Translations under genes and position numbers: made by a program
Shown: positions 37,328-51,299 of the stretch, piece by piece
Numbering within the stretch: position 1 is the stretch's first letter
Layout of the letters: every line of letters starts with the position of its first letter
Notes under the pieces: model-generated
Told to the model about the DNA's origin: nothing
Databases searched by the model: none
The model's input: the letters and a program-made list of their open reading frames with translations, nothing else
Assembly (NCBI RefSeq): GCF_963921235.1
Contig: NC_086098.1
Location: forward strand, 6,758,001-6,822,000
From: Mobula hypostoma
Taxonomy: Eukaryota
Direction of reading: 5' to 3'
DNA: 64,000 nucleotides

Positions 37328-37854
37328 AACCTTAATGAATGTATTTACAATGTAAGCCGCATTAGAAAGGTGCAGTGCAGTGACGGGGTGGGGATGGGGG
37401 GGGTAATAGATAGAGGGGGTTGGGGAGGGGTTGATCAGATTAACCACCTGGGGGAAGAAACTTTTAAGGTGGTGTGAAAATCTTGTTATAATATCTGTTT
37501 TGACTTATACCTAGTGTTTCATAAATTACAAGGCAGCAAAATTAAGTAAGTCATAGTGTTTATTTTTTATCCTGACTACCAGCAAAAAGAAGGAAATGAA
37601 GCAGGGTATGCTGGCGACACTTGTGGGCTGCCCCCAGCACGTCCTTGGGTGTGTTGGTTGCTAACACAAGCATTTTCTGTATGTTTCAAAGTGCATATGA
37701 TAAATAAATCTGAATCTGAATTTATAGCACCTGTGAAATAGTTGGCCTATCCCTTTCCATTTACTGTAAAGGAAAGAAATTTGGACAGTTCTATCATAAC
37801 CTGTTGACTTACTAGAGGTTTCTCAGGAACTGAGAGCCAGTAGTAACATTCCAA

Positions 37855-38722
37855 CTTCACGCCCCTTTATCAGGTACAACTGTACACCTGTTTGTTAATG
37901 CAAATTGTGTGGCAGCAACTCCATGCATAAGAGCATGCAGACATGGTCAAGAGGTTCAGTTGTTGTTCAGCCCGACATCAGAATGGCGAGGAAAAGTGAT
38001 CTGACTTTGACTGTGGAATGATAGCTGGTGCCAGACAGTGTGACTTGAGTTTCTAAGAAACTGCAAATGTCCTGGGATTTTCATGCACAGCAGTCTTTAG
38101 AGTTTACAGAGAGTGGTGCGAAAAACAAAAAAAAAATACACCCAGTGAGTGGCAGGTCTGTGGATGAAGGCATCCGTTAATCTTGTGAGACCATGGATCT
38201 GCGCCTGGAAAGTCTTCACTCTCCAGAGTGTAGGCCTGGGCAAGGTTGTATGGAGGACCAGCAGTTGTCCATGCTGCAAGTCTCCCCTCTCCACAACACC
38301 AATGTTGTCCAAGGGAAGGGCATTAGGACCCATACAGCTTGGCACCAGTGTCGTCACAGAGCAATGTGTGATTAAGTGCCTTGCTCAAGGACATAACACG
38401 TTCCCTCGGCTGGGGCTTGAACTCTTGACCTTCAGATCATTTGTCGAATGCCTTAACCATTTGGCCACGTGCCCACACAAGGATGAAAATGCCTTGTGAA
38501 TGAGGGAGGTCTGAAAATGTCCAGACTGGTTCAAGCTGACAGGAAGGCAACAGTGTTCAGATAACTACGCACTCCAGCAGTGATGTGCAGAAGAGCATCT
38601 CTGAACGCACAACACATTGAATCTTGGAGTGGATGGGCTACAGCAGCAGAAGACCATGAACGTACACTCAGTGGCCAGTTTATTAGGTGCAGGAGATACT
38701 GAATAAAGCAGCTTGTGAGTCT
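37855..38722 (+). mobile_element. Tc1-derived non-autonomous element, interrupted by a SINE
   Basis: Opposite-orientation homolog of 60430-61001; transposase HTH remnant RLVQADRKATVFR. Confidence 0.75.
38168..38476 (-). mobile_element. tRNA-derived CORE-like SINE with RTE-type tail, copy 2
   Basis: Reverse complement of 26244-26507 with a longer tail; A and B boxes at 38410-38472. Confidence 0.75.
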
Positions 38723-39089
38723 ATTTTCTCATGTTACAAAAGACTGAATTTGAAAAAAAAATTAAACATTGTAACAAATTTTTAAATGTACAGCAGATCA
38801 GTGTAAAATTTGAAAATTTTAACAAGTGGGCAAACGTTTCTTAAGCATCTTTGTTAAATGATTAAAGAAATACATTGTGAGGAAAAAAAATGACAAGGTT
38901 GCCTGTTTGAGTCTCGAGGACCAGTAATGCACAGTGAATCGGTGTACAGAAACTGGGATCAATAGCTTTTAATGTTTTACACAGACCAATAGTATAGGTT
39001 TCCTTCCTGGAATAAGCAGTGCATTTTTAAGCCTGGATCCTATTTAAAACATTGAGCGGAAGACGATCGAGTTCCGTTCACTGAACGTA

Positions 39090-39608
39090 CACTCAGTGGT
39101 CACTTTATTAGGTACAGGGGTGGAAACTGGAATGGTCTTCTGCTGCTCATCCACTTCAAAGTTCAACGTGTTGTGCATTCAGAGATGCTCTTCTGCACAC
39201 CACTATTGTAACGCGTGGATATATTTTGTCAGCTTGAACCAGCCTACCCACTTCCCTTGGACCTCTCTCATTAACAAGACGTTTTCGCCCATAGAACTGC
39301 CGTTTACTGGATGTTTTTTTGCATCATTCTCTGTAAACTCTGGAGACTGTTGTGCACGAAAATCCCAGGAGATCAGCAGTTTCTGAGATACTCAAGCCAC
39401 CCGATCTGTCACTAACAATCATTCCACGGTCAAAGTCACTTAGATCACATTTCTTCCCCATTCTGATGTTTGATCTGAACCACAACTGAACCTCTTGACC
39501 ACTTCTACATGCATTTATGCATTGAGTTGCTGCCAGATGATTGGCTGATTATATATTTGCATTAACAAGCAGGTACACAGTTTTACCTAATAAAGTGGCC
39601 ACTGAGTG
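39090..39608 (-). mobile_element. Tc1-derived MITE, complete, TA target duplication
   Basis: TA|cactcagtggtcactttattaggta ... tacctaataaagtggccactgagtg|TA. Confidence 0.9.
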
Positions 39609-40289
39609 TATTTGACCTTCTTCCCGAGATAGCTGGGAGATGGGAAATAAGAGACAACGTCGTTAGATTCATTTCACCTTTCAAATAGCTTCAAAGGGAA
39701 GCTATCAAAGTGGAGGGGTGTTCAGATTTGTATTCCTCCACAATTTCTTAACAATTGTGACCTCACTTTCTGCGAGAAAGGAGGAGAGTCGCTCTTTCCT
39801 CCAGTGCAGACAGAGCAATTGGAGAGTCAGGTAAATGCCTACTTTATAGTGAGCAAAGGTGGAATCAGCGAAACAGTTGCCTGTGGCCTTGTAGGGAGAT
39901 TGAATGGAAAGAAGAAGCTAATGGACATTTAAGAAGCGTATGTAAAATGAAACTAACAAGTGAAATTTTACTCCAGTGTAATTTGACATAACACAGGAGC
40001 AGAATTAGGCCATTCAGCCCATTGAGACTGTTGCCTAAAAGGGTTCCGCAAGCATCAGATATTTGAGTACAGGCAGAATGATTGTGTCAGTCAGCCATGA
40101 GAGAGTATGGAACTTCACATTTGGGCCCTATTGTCTGGATGCCCCAAATCTACATGAGACCATGAGACATAAGAGCAGAATTAGGCCTTTCAGCTCATTG
40201 AGTCTGCTCCACCATCTTCTTATGGCTGATTTATTATCCCTCTCAACCCCATTCTGCTGCAATGTTAACATTCATATTAAGTGGACTAT

Positions 40290-40880
40290 AATATAAATGG
40301 AAGGATATAATGTTGACATTTTATGGAGCACTGGTGAGGCCTCACTTAGAGTACTCTTATCTTAGAAAGGACCTGTTGAAACTGGAGAGGGTTCAAAGGT
40401 TGTTCATGAAAATGATTCCAGGATTGAATGGCTATGATATGAAGAGCGTTTGATGGCTCTGGACCTGTATTCACTGGAATTCAGAAGAATGGGTGGTGTC
40501 CTAGTTGAAACTTATCGAACGGTGAAAGGCTTTGATAGAGTGGATCTGGAGAGGATGGTTCCTATGATGGGAGAGTTAAGACCAGAGGATGCTGCCTCGG
40601 AATAGAGGGACATCCTTTTAGAATGGCGATGAGGCCAGATTTCTTTAGCTAGAGGGTGGTGAATCTGTCGAATTCGTTGTGACAGGCAGCTGTGGAGGCC
40701 AAGTCTTTATGTATATTTAAGGCAGAGATTGATAGGTCCTTGACTTGATTGGTCAGTGCATGAAGGGATACGTTGGGGGGCGGGTGGAGGCAGGAGATTG
40801 GGACTGAGTAGAAAAATGGATCCGCCAAGATAAAATGGTGGAGCAGACTCATTGGGTCAAATGGCCTATTTCTCCTTCTG
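40290..40880 (+). mobile_element. CR1 3' fragment
   Basis: ALVRPHLEY, LERVQR and CR1 3' UTR. Confidence 0.8.
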
Positions 40881-41969
40881 TGTCTTATAGTCTTATGGGA
40901 TTAATCAATATATGTACAGAAGCTATCTTATATATTTATATTTGCTGTTTTTTAAAAATTATTTTTGTGTTCTTTATCTTATTGTGTTTTTTTTGTGCTG
41001 CATCGGATCTGGAGTAACAATTATTTTGTTCTCCTTTACCCTTGTGTACTGGAAATCTCATTAAACAAGTCTGAAAATGCGCGGCCCTGTGTCCATCATC
41101 AGTTTCTGTTAAAATGAATGCTTATTGATCATGCTACCTGATTGTATCAATAAACTGAATACACAGAAAATCTATATGGAATGGATTATTTCTTTGGAAA
41201 AGGAAAAAGAAAATCCTGAACAGAGCTTCAGACAATGTAACAAATCAGCATTTTTGTCACAGAACTTTTGTTTTAAGCAACTGCTTGGAAAGCAAATGCA
41301 CATTGTGGAGTCGAGGACAGAATTAATCCAACTTTAAACATGCTGCCTGAAATATTAAACGGAAGTGAGCTGTGAGTAAGCGAAATGGGCTGCCAGTCAT
41401 GTCACTCGAGCCGTCTCCTCTGAGCTTGGATTCAGTCTTCACCAAAACATGTTGTGATCGGCCCATTCATCACCGTCCGTGGAAAGGGGCCAGCTCATCT
41501 TTCACTGCTTCCCGTCTTCTGTCAGCCTCTTTTGCACAGAACTAGTTCTGTGAAAGAAACTCTTTCTGAAAGAAACCTAGCGAATTATAACATCTACCCC
41601 CCCCCTCCAACCACCCCACCTCCTTCACCTTCTCTGCAAAGTCGAAGGTACACGAGGAGATAAGGATGCAGTAATGCTTTACACCAACCACGTTGTAAGG
41701 AACAGTGAGGGCACATACTTAGCATGGCAGCTGCTGTGAGCCATTAAACAATATTACGCTTGAAAGAGTTTAAATTCTCCAGCTATTGGTCAGATTTTCT
41801 CTGACATTTTTGAAAGGAGCCTCAATGATTTTGAGTTTCGCGACTTTTATTAAAAATTGCCAAGTGGATGAAATTCCATCGGACATTGCTGAGCAGACAG
41901 AACATCACTGTCTTCAATTTTCCCAAAAGAGTAAAAATTCTGCTCTCACGTAAAGTGTCATCATCAACA

Positions 41970-42765
41970 CTGGGTGAGTTTAGGATCGGAAGGCACAGCC
42001 TCAGAATAGATGAACGTCTATTTGGAGCAGAAAAGAAGGAGGAATTTCTTTAGCCAGAGGCTGGTGAATCTGTGGAATTTATTGCCACAGAAGACTATGG
42101 AAGCCAAGTCATTGGGTATATTTTAAAGCAGAGGTTGATAGGTTCTTGATTAGCCAGGGCCCTAAAATCATAAGACATAGGAGTGGAGTTAAGCCATTTG
42201 GCCCATCGAATCTGCTCTGCCCTTCATTTATGGCTGATCCATTTTTCCCCTCCTCAGCCCCACTCTCTGGCCTTCTCCCCATAACCTTTGATGCCATGGC
42301 CAATCAAGAACCTATCAATCTCAACCTTAAATACACCCAGTGACCTGGCCTTCACAGCTGCCTGTGGTAACAAATTCCATAAATTCACCACCCTCTGGCT
42401 AAATAAATTTCTCTACATCTCTATTTTAAATGGATGCCTTCTATCCTGAGACTGTGCCCTTTGCCCTAGACTCCCCCACCATGGGAAACATCCTTTCCAC
42501 ATCTACTCTGTGTAGGCCTTTCAACTTTTGAAAGGTTTCAGTGAGATCCCCCCATCCTTCTAAGTTCCAGTGAGTACAGACCCAGAACTATCAAACGTTC
42601 CTCGTGTAATAACTCTCTCATTCCTGAAATCATCCTTGTGAACTTAAGGGCGTCAGAAAGCAGAAGAATGAGGTTGCAAGGGATAATAAATCTGCCATGA
42701 TGGGATGGCAGCGCAGACTCAATGGGCAGAATGGCCTCATTCTGCTCTCATGCCTTATGTTCTGA
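41970..42765. mobile_element. + strand CR1 3' end split by a - strand CR1 3' end (about 42165-42645)
   Basis: ttgattagccagggc (about 42160) resumes aagggcgtcagaaag..gcagaagaatg at about 42646; the intervening segment is its reverse-complement homolog. Confidence 0.75.
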
Positions 42766-42769
42766 AAGG

Positions 42770-43688
42770 AATAAACAGAAATTTTGGTTATTGGTCACAA
42801 TATAAATAAGTGTGAATCTTAGAAATAAACTTGATCATCTGGCCTTATAAACCAAGCCAGAAATAAAGAATTTAAGCGCTAATATTGACTCTGAGCTAAA
42901 TCTCAAATGATGTATTAACCATATTATTAAGACTGCGTTCTGTCGTTTTAGGAACTTTGCAAGAGTTTGATTTCTTATAACATCTCAAGATGCAGAAAAA
43001 CTGATACATGCTTTTGATTTTAGCCAATTCGACTACTGTAATGCTCTCTTTACAGGCATTGCCTGAGAAAGATATAAATTGGCTGCAGCTTGTTCAAAAT
43101 GCAGCAGCAGGAATCTTACCCAAAAAGAGAAAATCTGAGCTCATTTCACCCATTCTAGCATCATTACACTGGCTACCTGTGTCCTTTAGGATTAATTTAA
43201 AAATACTCTTTATTGTATTTAATGCTTTAGATAATCTAGCTCCTACGTATATATTTTAGAGTGTCTAACCCCTTAACGTTCCTGATCGTTATCTTAGATC
43301 CACGAATTCTGATTTGCTTAATGTTCGTAGAGCCAAGCATGTAAGAACTGTTGATGCAGCCTTTTGTTCTTAGGCACCAAAAATATGGAAAACTCTACCG
43401 ACTGAGATATGCCATGCTAGTACTGTGGAATGTTTCAAAACACTACTAAAAGCCTACTTTTTAGATTTGGCCTACTTATAGGATTACTTACTGCCTGTTG
43501 ATGTTCAGTACATTTATATAATTTAGTATATTCAATTACATATTATCCTATATAATGTTTGTCTTTACTTATAATTGTTAATTTTGTCTCATATTTTTAT
43601 TTTATCTTGATTTTTCGTTACAATCTATGTAAAACAGTTTGAACTCCATTGTCTGTATGAAAAGTGATCTATAAATAAGTTATTATTG
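42770..43688 (+). mobile_element. L2-clade LINE 3' fragment
   Basis: DAEKLIHAF..DYCNAL, LQLVQNAAA, ISPILASLHWLPVSFRI; tail ctataaataagttattatt. Confidence 0.88.
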
Positions 43689-44419
43689 AATTTTTATTTT
43701 TTCTCAGCTCAAGCTGGTTAAACCTGAGTCACGGGTATAGGCAAGCACACTCATTTCTCAATTGTGAGAAACTTTCGGACTATTCTGGTGGTGTTTAGTA
43801 TTGTGGCTTTCTGAAGGTTTACATAAGTATTGCTGTGTCGGCCTAATTGTTTAATGCTACTCTGTAGTAACTTTGGGATGATACCAGTCGTAGGTGTTAC
43901 TGTTTGGACAATGTATACCTTGTTCATGTTCCAAAGTCTTTCCTCTTTTTCCTCTTTTCCTCTTTTAATTCAGCATAATTTTGCTGTTTTTCAGTTATTG
44001 ATTTCTTTATGTTCTGTGTGTTTGGAATGGCTATGTCTTGTAGGTAAGTTGTTCTTGCTTGTTTATCCTGTAATATTATATCTGGATGGTTGTTATAGAT
44101 TGTCCTATCTGTAATAACAGATGAGTCATAATATAATTTGTGGGGCTCTGACTCTAAAACTGGATAAAGTGTATATTTAGAGTAAGGTATGGTTTCTTTA
44201 ATGAGACTGTATTTTAAAGCAAGATTTTGGTGAATGATATTGCCACTTGATAGTGCCTGTGTGAGTAATCAGATTGAGTTAAACTGCTGCAGGATCCTGT
44301 AATGTGTTGGATAGTTTTTGGTTTCTCTTGGCATTTTCAGCATTTATCATCTTGAATTTGTTGGTATTTCATTATATATTTTTAATAATTTATTATTATT
44401 ATTATTATTATTATGCTAC

Positions 44420-44625
44420 AGTTGCTGGAAATCCAGAGTAACACACACAAAATGCTGGAGGAACTCAGCTGGTCAAGCAGCAACTGTGGAGAGGAATAAA
44501 AAAATTGATGTTTTGGGCTGAGATCCTTCTTCAGGATGGATAAAAGGTCTCGGTCCAAAATGTCGACTGTCTGTTCCTCTCTAGAGACACTGCCTGATCT
44601 GCTGAGTTCCTCCAGTACTTTGTGC
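44420..44625. mobile_element. Penelope-like foldback element
   Basis: acaaaatgctggaggaactcagc ... gctgagttcctccagtactttgtg, inverted about 44535. Confidence 0.75.
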
Positions 44626-44846
44626 TTGCCATTATTAAGTATTATCAGTTGAGTGATGTTGGATATTTCAGAATGAAAGAACTTGGATAAATGATAAGAA
44701 AATGCTTTATGATACTTCTGTATTGTGGTTGACAGAAAAAGTTTCTCCCTCACCCCACTCGGAGGTTTAGCCATTTATGAACGAATGTAGACTGCGTTTT
44801 GATAATTAAATGAAACAATCAAGCTTAAAAAAAAACACAAATGATC

Positions 44847-45165
44847 CTGCAGATGCTAGAAATCCAGACTAACTCACACAAAATCCTAGAGGAACTCAGC
44901 AGGTTGGACAGCATCTGTGTAGAGGAACAAACAGTCACCATTTCGGGCTGAGACCCTTGAGTCCTGATAAAGGGTCTTTTCCCAAAACATCGACTGTTTA
45001 TTCATCTCCATAGACGCTACCTCACCTGAGTTCCTCCAGCGTTTTGTGTGAGTTAATTTGGCTTTCCAGCATCTACAGAGCCTTTTGTAATTCAGGCTGA
45101 GACCCTTCATCATGACTTAAAAGGAAAGGGACAGAAGTCAAAATAAGAAAGTTGGGGGAGGGAGA
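44847..45165. mobile_element. Penelope-like foldback element plus extra terminus fragment
   Basis: ctgcagatgctagaaatcca ... ggctttccagcatctacag, inverted about 44960. Confidence 0.75.
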
Positions 45166-45739
45166 GGAAGATAAATATTGAAGCACGTACATTTAGAAAT
45201 GCATTTTCTCTCTTCTGACCTCTCGCGTCTACCTCATCTGCAGACTGTAGAAAGCATAGGTCTGCATTTTACCCAAGCTCCTGGGCAGATGCTGTTGGGA
45301 TGACTACGGCAACAAACTCTGAGTCATTTGAAATGTTAAAAAGCACCATTATCCCATTCCAGCACGAGTGTTAAGGAAATGGGGTGTAATGGATTTTACA
45401 ATAACACAAGAAATATAAACCACCTGCTGAGCACTGAAAGAAAAATGGTCCAAAGGGAAATAAAGTATTGAGTGATCAAATTTATCTGCTGATCAGCATT
45501 TACACAGAGAGCAATGTCAGGGGCCCCAAATGTGGTCTAGATTGTAACTGAGATAACGTGTTTCTCTAACCAGCAAGAGCACTTTACTAGCTTAACTTTT
45601 AAACTTTACATTTAAAGAGGTTGTTCACTCAATCCTTTTCATAAGTGAAACTGTACCTTAAAATTCACGAATCAACGTTGTTTATCTTCAGTCCACGAGG
45701 GTAAAGGAGAACAAAATGATCGTTACTCCAGATTTGATG

Positions 45740-46630
45740 CAGCATAAAAAAAACACATTCCAACCCTGGGAAAAAAGATACTGTCTGTCTACTGTATCTG
45801 TGCTGCTTGTAATCTTATAGAGCTCTATCCAATCTCTCCCCAGCCTCCTCCACACCAGAGGAAAAAAAAACAAATTTATTCAACATCCCCTTTTAACACA
45901 TGCTCTCTAATCCAGCTAACATCCTGGTAAACCTCTTCTGCACCCTCTCTAAAGTCATGGCATCTTTCCTTTGGTGGTGAGGAAGGCAAATGCGATATTA
46001 ACATTCATTTCAAGGGGACTGGAATATAGGCACAAGGATGTGATGCTCAGGCTTTTTAAAACACTGGTGAGGCTTCACTTGGAGTACTGTGAGCAGTTTT
46101 GTGCTCCTTATCTGAGAAAGGATGTGCTGACTTTGGAGAGGGTTCAAAGGAGGCTCATGAAAATGTTTCTAGGATCGAAAGACTTAACATATGGACAGCA
46201 TTTGAGGGCTCTGGATCTGTATTCGCTGGAACTTAGAAGAATGGGGGGGGGGTCCCATTGAAACCTATTGAATATTGAAAGGCCTAGTTAGAATAGATGT
46301 GGAGACGATGTTGTCCTATGGTGGGGGAGTCTAGGACCAGAGGACCCAGCCTCAGAATAAAAAGACATCCATTTAAAATGGAAAAGAGGAGGAATTTCTT
46401 TAGCCAGAGGGTGGTGAATCTGTGTAATTTGTTGCCACAGGCAACTGTGGAGGCCAGGTCACAGAGTGTATTTAAAGCAGAGGATAGATTCTTGATAAGT
46501 CAGGGTGTGAAAGGTGACAAGGACAAGGCAGGAGAATGGGGTTGAGAGGGAAATGAATCAGCCATGATCAAATGCCAGAGAAGACTTGATGGAACAAATG
46601 GCTTAATTCTGTTCCAATGACTTATGATCG
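45740..46630. mobile_element. Back-to-back CR1 fragments (- 45740-45970; + 45971-46630)
   Basis: ORFs 45688-45873, 45971-46261 and 46297-46545 carry CR1 C-terminal motifs. Confidence 0.82.
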
Positions 46631-47014
46631 TACAATGGAATGACCGGAGTGAATGAGTTAAACCAGGTTAATGAAGGTGTTGGCCAATCCAAAGTGACAT
46701 GGTCCAGTGACATTGACTCTCCAGTGACGAGATCAACAAACACAAGAGGGATAATTCTCCCACTGCCTGCATACTAACACCCTAACCCTTACCCTACTGC
46801 ACACATAAACTTATGACAACTAGCACCCCTCCCACTCTTAGTAAGGTAAATGATTACTTAAGTTAGTTTCCAAGAAAGGCAAGTGGAGGTTAATGAAGGT
46901 GAATTATTGGAATCCAGTAATACTCTAAATGTGACTTAACTCGTTTTATAAAACTACAACTTAACTTCCTGGATCTTGAATTCCGTTCCTTGACAAATAA
47001 GTTCAAGGTCAAAA

Positions 47015-47440
47015 GCTCAAGTTCAAAGTAAATTTATTATCAAAGTACTTATGAGTCACCATATATGATGCTGGGACCCATTTTCTTGCAGTTATTCACA
47101 TTAAATACAAAAAACACAATAGAATCAATGAAAGACCATTCCTAACAGTCGAGCAAAAACCAATATTAAAAAAAAACTGTGCAAATACAAAAATAAAGAA
47201 ATAATAATAAAAAATAAATAAGCAATAAATATTGAGAACATCAGATGCAGAGTCCTTGAAAATGAGTCTATTGGTTGTGGGTACATTTCAGTGATGGGGG
47301 TGAGTGAAATTGAGGGAAGTTATCCCCTTTGGTTCAAGAGCCTGATGGTTGAGACGTAATAACTGTTCCTGACCCTGATGGTATGAGTCCTGAGGCTCCA
47401 GTGCCTTCTTCCTGATGGCAACAGCAAAAAGAGAGCATGC
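47015..47440 (-). mobile_element. Rex1/Babar-like 3' end
   Basis: gttcaaagtaaatttattatcaaagta tail; cctgatggttgag..aactgttcctga. Confidence 0.65.
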
Positions 47441-48944
47441 CCACCACTTGGGCATCTCACATGTATAACTATGCTGGTTGATAGTGTGGTAACGAAGGCA
47501 TTGGAGTACTTGCCTTTATTGAATAGAAAACCCTACAAAAAGTGCTGAATATGGCCAAGTCCATCACGGCTAAAGCCCTCTCCACCACTGAGCACATTTG
47601 GATGGAGCGCTGTCGTAGGAAAGCAATATCCATCATCAACGACTGATTCTTTACCACCCTATCAACCTGTGTCGTTACGTATTGTATGTGAAATCTTATA
47701 TATTTATAATTATATTTATCACCGTCAACCTTGGCCCATTGCAAACTACAAGGAACACCAAATGTAGGGCACAAGCTCAATGGATCAGTTGACAAATACA
47801 GTGGATTAGCTGAATCAATTACAGAGTGGTCTGTGGAAGCATTTATCGGTTTCTATTTGAAAACAGCATTACTGGATTGTAAAGGGTTAACTTGCTGGGT
47901 CATGAAGTGCAGGACAGTAAGTCTGTTTCACATGGATGTTCTGTCCAAACCCTCCAGAAAATGTTTCCACACACAGAAAGATACTCTGAAGTCATAATTT
48001 GATTTACTGTTTAAACTCTTCCTCTTCTTGGTTATCGGTACTAAAATATTTCTGCTGAATATTGTCAGTATTGTTATTACTAACTCAGTAATAAGTTATT
48101 GCTAAGTGTTCTCTCCCTTGTAGTCGGGACTGGTGCAGTCAGAATATTGGTGGCTGCATGAAATATAATTAACAAATGAACATTATTTTAGTAATCAGCA
48201 GAAAACATCGAATAGTGTTTCAATTGACTTGAATCTCTGAAATAATCCTGTTGCAGATTTTTTTTTTGAAAGTGGACGAAACTCCCCAATGAAAAAGGTT
48301 CGACAAGTAATTGTCATTTATTCGGTGAGCATGGCCTTTGAGGGAATAAGCCAGAGAAGTGTCAGAGCACCGTGCTGGGTGCTGTAGCCTTCAGCTGCCC
48401 TTCCACAACCAATGCAAGAGACTGCAGTAAGCAAATTAAAAAAAAGAAGAGACTTTGTGAGATCTGGTTAGTTGAAGCTTGGGGGTGGAGTTTAGTTCAT
48501 GAAGATGTCTGGACCAGTTAGCACCAATAATGATGAGGGGAACTGAGAAAGTTGGAGAGTTCTTTTGTTGTGTCGAGATGGTGATGTACACAGGGCCAAG
48601 GTCAGGCAGCATCATCATCCATCTTCTTTAGTGGCAGCTTTCTGTCAAGGCCCGGCTAACTTCCCCCTCAGTCAAGGCAGTAGGGCTCCCATTGTTGACA
48701 CCAGCCAATTCCCAGGCAAGTGTAAATGAAGTTAATATCCACTGACCTACTGCCAAGCCAAAGACAGCCCCCAGTGTCGCCCTGGAAATAATGGAATTCA
48801 GCCCTTTCAATAGCAAATCCAAGTGGTTTGACTAATTTTACTGAGGAACGATTGTAGTTGTTTTCAAAGTCTCGTCAAGGCCTAATGTTGCCTCTTAAGG
48901 GTATGAAAAACTTGAAATGCAGAAGCAACACGATCTCTACATTG

Positions 48945-49275
48945 TTTCTGCACAAATTTTACTGATAACGGAACACCAAATTCTTCAAGAAAGGAATTTG
49001 ATCAGTGTTCTTTCTCTAACTAATTATAGACTTAATTGAGCTGGGTAAAAGCTATAACAAAACTCTTTAGTAACCTCTAACTTTATTTTTATATAATTCT
49101 GTACGAATTTTACTGAAAAGAATAGCAAATTCTTCAAGAAAGGCATTTGATCTGTGTTTCTTTCTCTAACTAATTATAGACTGAAGTTGGCTGGGTAAAT
49201 ATGATAACAAAACTCTTTAGCAACCTCTAATTTTATTTTTGTACAATTCTGTACAAAAGGAATAGCAAATTCTTT
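48945..49275. repeat. 150-bp tandem duplication, about 2.2 copies
   Basis: tttctctaactaattatagact at 49011 and 49161; ataacaaaactctttag in both units. Confidence 0.9.
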
Positions 49276-50229
49276 ATGCTTTGTAATTATTGAATGTTGC
49301 TGTTTTTTGTTGCGCGTCGCACCCTGACCAACCCATCATAGCAAACTCATAATAAATGTAAATGTATATTCTGAATGAAGTTGATCCTTGACCTGTCATG
49401 TTCCACTGACTTTGCAATCTTGTACAATAAGTTCCAAATTAGACTGGAGCTTCATTTGGTGGCTTGGGGAAAAGTTTCATTGGCAAACTATGGACTGAGT
49501 GAAGGTAAAAATCAAAGCAACACACGCAAGATGCCGGTGGAAGGTAGCATCTATGGAAAAAAGTACAGTCGATGTTTCAGAACGAAACCCTTCAGCAGGA
49601 AGGTTTTTGTGTGTGTGTTGCTCGGATTTCCAGCATCTGCAGATTTTCTCTTGTTTGTAAAAATCAAAGTTCTCTGTACTCCGTGATAATGTCACTCTCC
49701 AGATGTAGTTGGCCAGAGACTGTCCATGTTTTAAGTTGAGGGATTGCTTTTAGAATCAGACTAGAGAGAAAGAAGAGTTAAAACAGGAAATTAAAATCGG
49801 CGACTGTTCCTTGTTATGAGCCTGTAAGATGATTGGTGTAGTTGGCCATTTGATTAATAATTTAATTGGTTTAGCACAACATAATGGGCTGAAGGGTCTA
49901 TTCCTGAGCTGTACAGTTCTGTGTTCTAATAGAAACTCTTTTTCAAGGGCACACATGTACGTATTCATGCTTTGTTCTCAGCAGTTTGTGGGTGGGGGAC
50001 GACGGATGTCGTGTCTTTTGCTGACTGCTCAGTTACGCTTAGCATCTGCTTAAGTTTCATCGCTTCAAGATAGTATGTTTGCTATTTGCTAATAAAGCAT
50101 CAAATACGTAATCTTGATGTTGGTTGTCTGTCAGTCTTTATGTAAAGTTTTTTTCATAAATTCTACTATATTTCTTTATTTTCCAGTAACTGCAAGAAAA
50201 TATACCTCCAGGTAGTATGTGGTGACATA

Positions 50230-50820
50230 TAGATTAGATTATGAAGGCACGCAGTCCTCTTTTATTGTCATTTAGTAATGCATGCATTAAGAAATGATAC
50301 AATATTTCCTCCGGTGTGATATCACAGAAACACAGGACAGACCAAGACTGAAAAAACTAACAAAACCAAATAATTATAACAAATAACAAATAGTTACAAC
50401 AGTGCAACAATACCATAACTTGATGAAGAAGTCCATGAGCACAGTAAAAAGTTCAAAGTCTCTCAAATGTCCCACATCTCACGCAGACGGGAGAAGAAAG
50501 AAAAACTCTCCCTTCGAGCCTCCGATCAGCCCTTCGACACCGAGTACCGAGCACCATCTCTATCCGAGCGATTCGACCTCAATCTCGGTCGCCAGCAGCA
50601 GGCAAGGCCGGGGATTTTAGGGCCTACCCTCCGGAGATTCTCAATCGCGCAGTAACAACAGCAGCGAACGGGCGTTTCAGAAATTTCTCCAGATGTTCCT
50701 CTATGCTTTCAGGTCTGTCTCCATCAAATCAGAATTGTCCACGGACTCTATTTAACGGATACGATATCATTTTTCACCGGAGGGCTGCGCACGCGCGGCG
50801 CGCTGCTATCTCTCCTCCAC
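50230..50820 (-). mobile_element. Non-autonomous LINE derivative with CpG-rich 5' end, copy B
   Basis: Homologous to 24686-25185 with about 100 bp extra internally; interrupts a Rex-type 3' UTR. Confidence 0.75.
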
Positions 50821-51299
50821 GGAAAATACGCACTTTAATAATAAATGTACTATTTAGAGGTTGTAGATTTGAAAATAACACCACAAATTATTAATACAGT
50901 GGTAACAATGAAGTGTTGTACTTGCTTGAGAAAAAGTGTAACCAAAGGGTAAAGAGTAATTCAGATTCTGATTTGAAAGACCTTTATTGTGTGACAGCTA
51001 TTTCTTGGAAGGTGTAGTGGAAAAAAAAGTTATGTGTTCAAGAAATGTGTCTTAGAGCATCAGAATGGTTAAATATTTCCTTGGGACTACAGCAGCTCTG
51101 CTAATGCAACTTTCCCTTCAAGTTGTTTATACATGTAAGTGGTATTCTGCCAAAATCCAGTGAAGCTGTGATGCCTTCGAATCTCCCAGAGTAAGAAGCA
51201 AACCGCTTGTCAGTGTTGAATGTCAGTCGGTTATAGAGTGAGTGAGCCTGTATGCACAGAACATTGGATAGGCAGCATTTGAATTAAATTAACATCGCT

